Source of the DNA: a virus
Lineage: Duplodnaviria; Caudoviricetes
Reading direction: 5' to 3' (one strand)
IMG/VR virus record: IMGVR_UViG_2859725622_000004
Coordinates: 23,370-87,369 of that record
Length of the DNA stretch: 64,000 bases
Positions 62,970-64,000 of the stretch are shown here, piece after piece. The position numbers and the translations under genes were made by a program. Below the pieces are notes generated by a model, which was not told the origin of the DNA, ran no database searches, and worked only from the letters and a program-made list of their open reading frames with translations. Every line of letters begins with the position of its first letter. Within the stretch, counting starts at the first letter, position 1.

Positions 62970-64000
62970 GGGCAGATGCATGGAGGGTAGATAAGCTAGG
63001 TGAAATAGCTGAACACACTTTTGATGAAACATGCTTGCGTTGGCTGATAGAAAAAGAGCATAAGCGATCTTTGGATGATGACCGAACGAAGATTGAGTTT
63101 TTCCTCGGTCATTTTTCTGGAATGCCAATATCCAGCATTACCGAAGATAAGATAATGAAAGCGGTGTCCAGAATGCCAAACAGGAAGCATAGGCAGATCT
63201 GGGAGTCGAAAAGGGATGCAGCATTAAGGAAGAAAAAACCGATACCTGGCTATGTGGAAAAACAGGTTTCACCGGCAACAAGAAGCCAGCACCTTTCATT
63301 TATACGCAGCCTGTTACGGGCAGCAGCAGACGAATGGAAGTGGTTAGCCAAAGCGCCAGTGATCAAGACCAGAAAACCACAGAGTAAGCGGATACGCTGG
63401 CTGACAAAAGATGAGGCTCTAACCTTAATCAATTGTATGCCTGAGAACTTCCGCCCTGTAGTGGTCTTTGCTCTGGCTACCGGGCTTCGAAGGTCGAACA
63501 TTCTGGATCTGGAATGGTCGCAAATCGATATGCAAAGAAAGGTTGCATGGATTCACCCAGAGAACGCTAAAGCGGGCAAGGCAATTGGCGTAGCTCTAAA
63601 CGATATGTCATGCAAGGTATTACGTGAACAGATAGGCCGGCACTCAAGATATGTGTTTGTCCACACCTCGGCATGGCACCGGGCAGATGGAACAAAAACC
63701 GATGAGGTCAGGAAAATGCGCGTTGATGATAATACAGCATGGAGAACTGGATTAAAGCGCTCCGGAATCACTGATTTCCGTTTCCACGATTTGCGGCACA
63801 CCTGGGCGAGCTGGTTAGTTCAAGCCGGGGTACCACTATCAGCACTTCAGGAAATGGGAGGATGGGAGAGCATCGAAATGGTTCGTCGATATGCTCACTT
63901 GTCGCCAAACCATCTAACTGAGCATGCGCGTAAAATTGACGAGGTAATGGGGATTAATGTCACTAATCTGGCACTTTTAAAAAAGGTTGTTGATAATTAG
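62846..64000 (+). CDS. int: Tyrosine integrase, DLP12 IntD type
   Basis: [62 protein letters not shown]; stop at 63998-64000. Confidence 0.95.
   Translation: MALKQRYGKWYCDFVRPNGERVRRCLGTADKKQAQELFDQLRADAWRVDKLGEIAEHTFDETCLRWLIEKEHKRSLDDDRTKIEFFLGHFSGMPISSITEDKIMKAVSRMPNRKHRQIWESKRDAALRKKKPIPGYVEKQVSPATRSQHLSFIRSLLRAAADEWKWLAKAPVIKTRKPQSKRIRWLTKDEALTLINCMPENFRPVVVFALATGLRRSNILDLEWSQIDMQRKVAWIHPENAKAGKAIGVALNDMSCKVLREQIGRHSRYVFVHTSAWHRADGTKTDEVRKMRVDDNTAWRTGLKRSGITDFRFHDLRHTWASWLVQAGVPLSALQEMGGWESIEMVRRYAHLSPNHLTEHARKIDEVMGINVTNLALLKKVVDN

Larger units (their letters stand above)
16246..64000. mobile_element. Lambdoid prophage, ~48 kb, apparently complete; right att expected just beyond the window
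   Basis: Full ordered module set from integrase to tailspike; IntD-type integrase matches the argU att fragment. Confidence 0.92.

Overview
The window holds two abutting integrated elements of an enterobacterial-type genome, joined at a 45-nt tRNA-Arg(UCU) 3' fragment (16246-16290, minus strand). LEFT (<1-~16260): a P4-family integrase, AlpA, Icd-like protein, ORF6N-type antirepressor and a large zinc-ribbon/TOPRIM/DUF927-type primase-helicase. This PICI/P4-satellite-like early module continues directly into a lambdoid late module (Q antiterminator, cargo genes, holin, M15 endolysin, spanin) that runs off the left edge. RIGHT (16246->64000): an apparently complete ~48 kb lambdoid prophage with a DLP12/IntD-type integrase, cI/cro/cII/N switch, O-like initiator plus DnaB, nin region, Q, lysis cassette, PBSX-type terminase, siphovirus-type head/tail genes, a tailspike and an O-antigen-type acyltransferase. 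Most interesting unexplained signals: (1) a 129-nt tRNA-shaped RNA with enlarged D and anticodon arms between terL and portal; (2) one promoter-like architecture (palindrome plus two direct repeats exactly 33 bp apart) in front of three counter-oriented zinc-finger genes spread over both elements; (3) the satellite-type early region coupled to its own Q and lysis genes; (4) a structured-RNA cluster in the left late leader. Four genes are broken by apparent single-base deletions in short runs, which suggests sequencing/assembly error rather than decay. All family assignments come from motif recognition by eye; no database searches were run.
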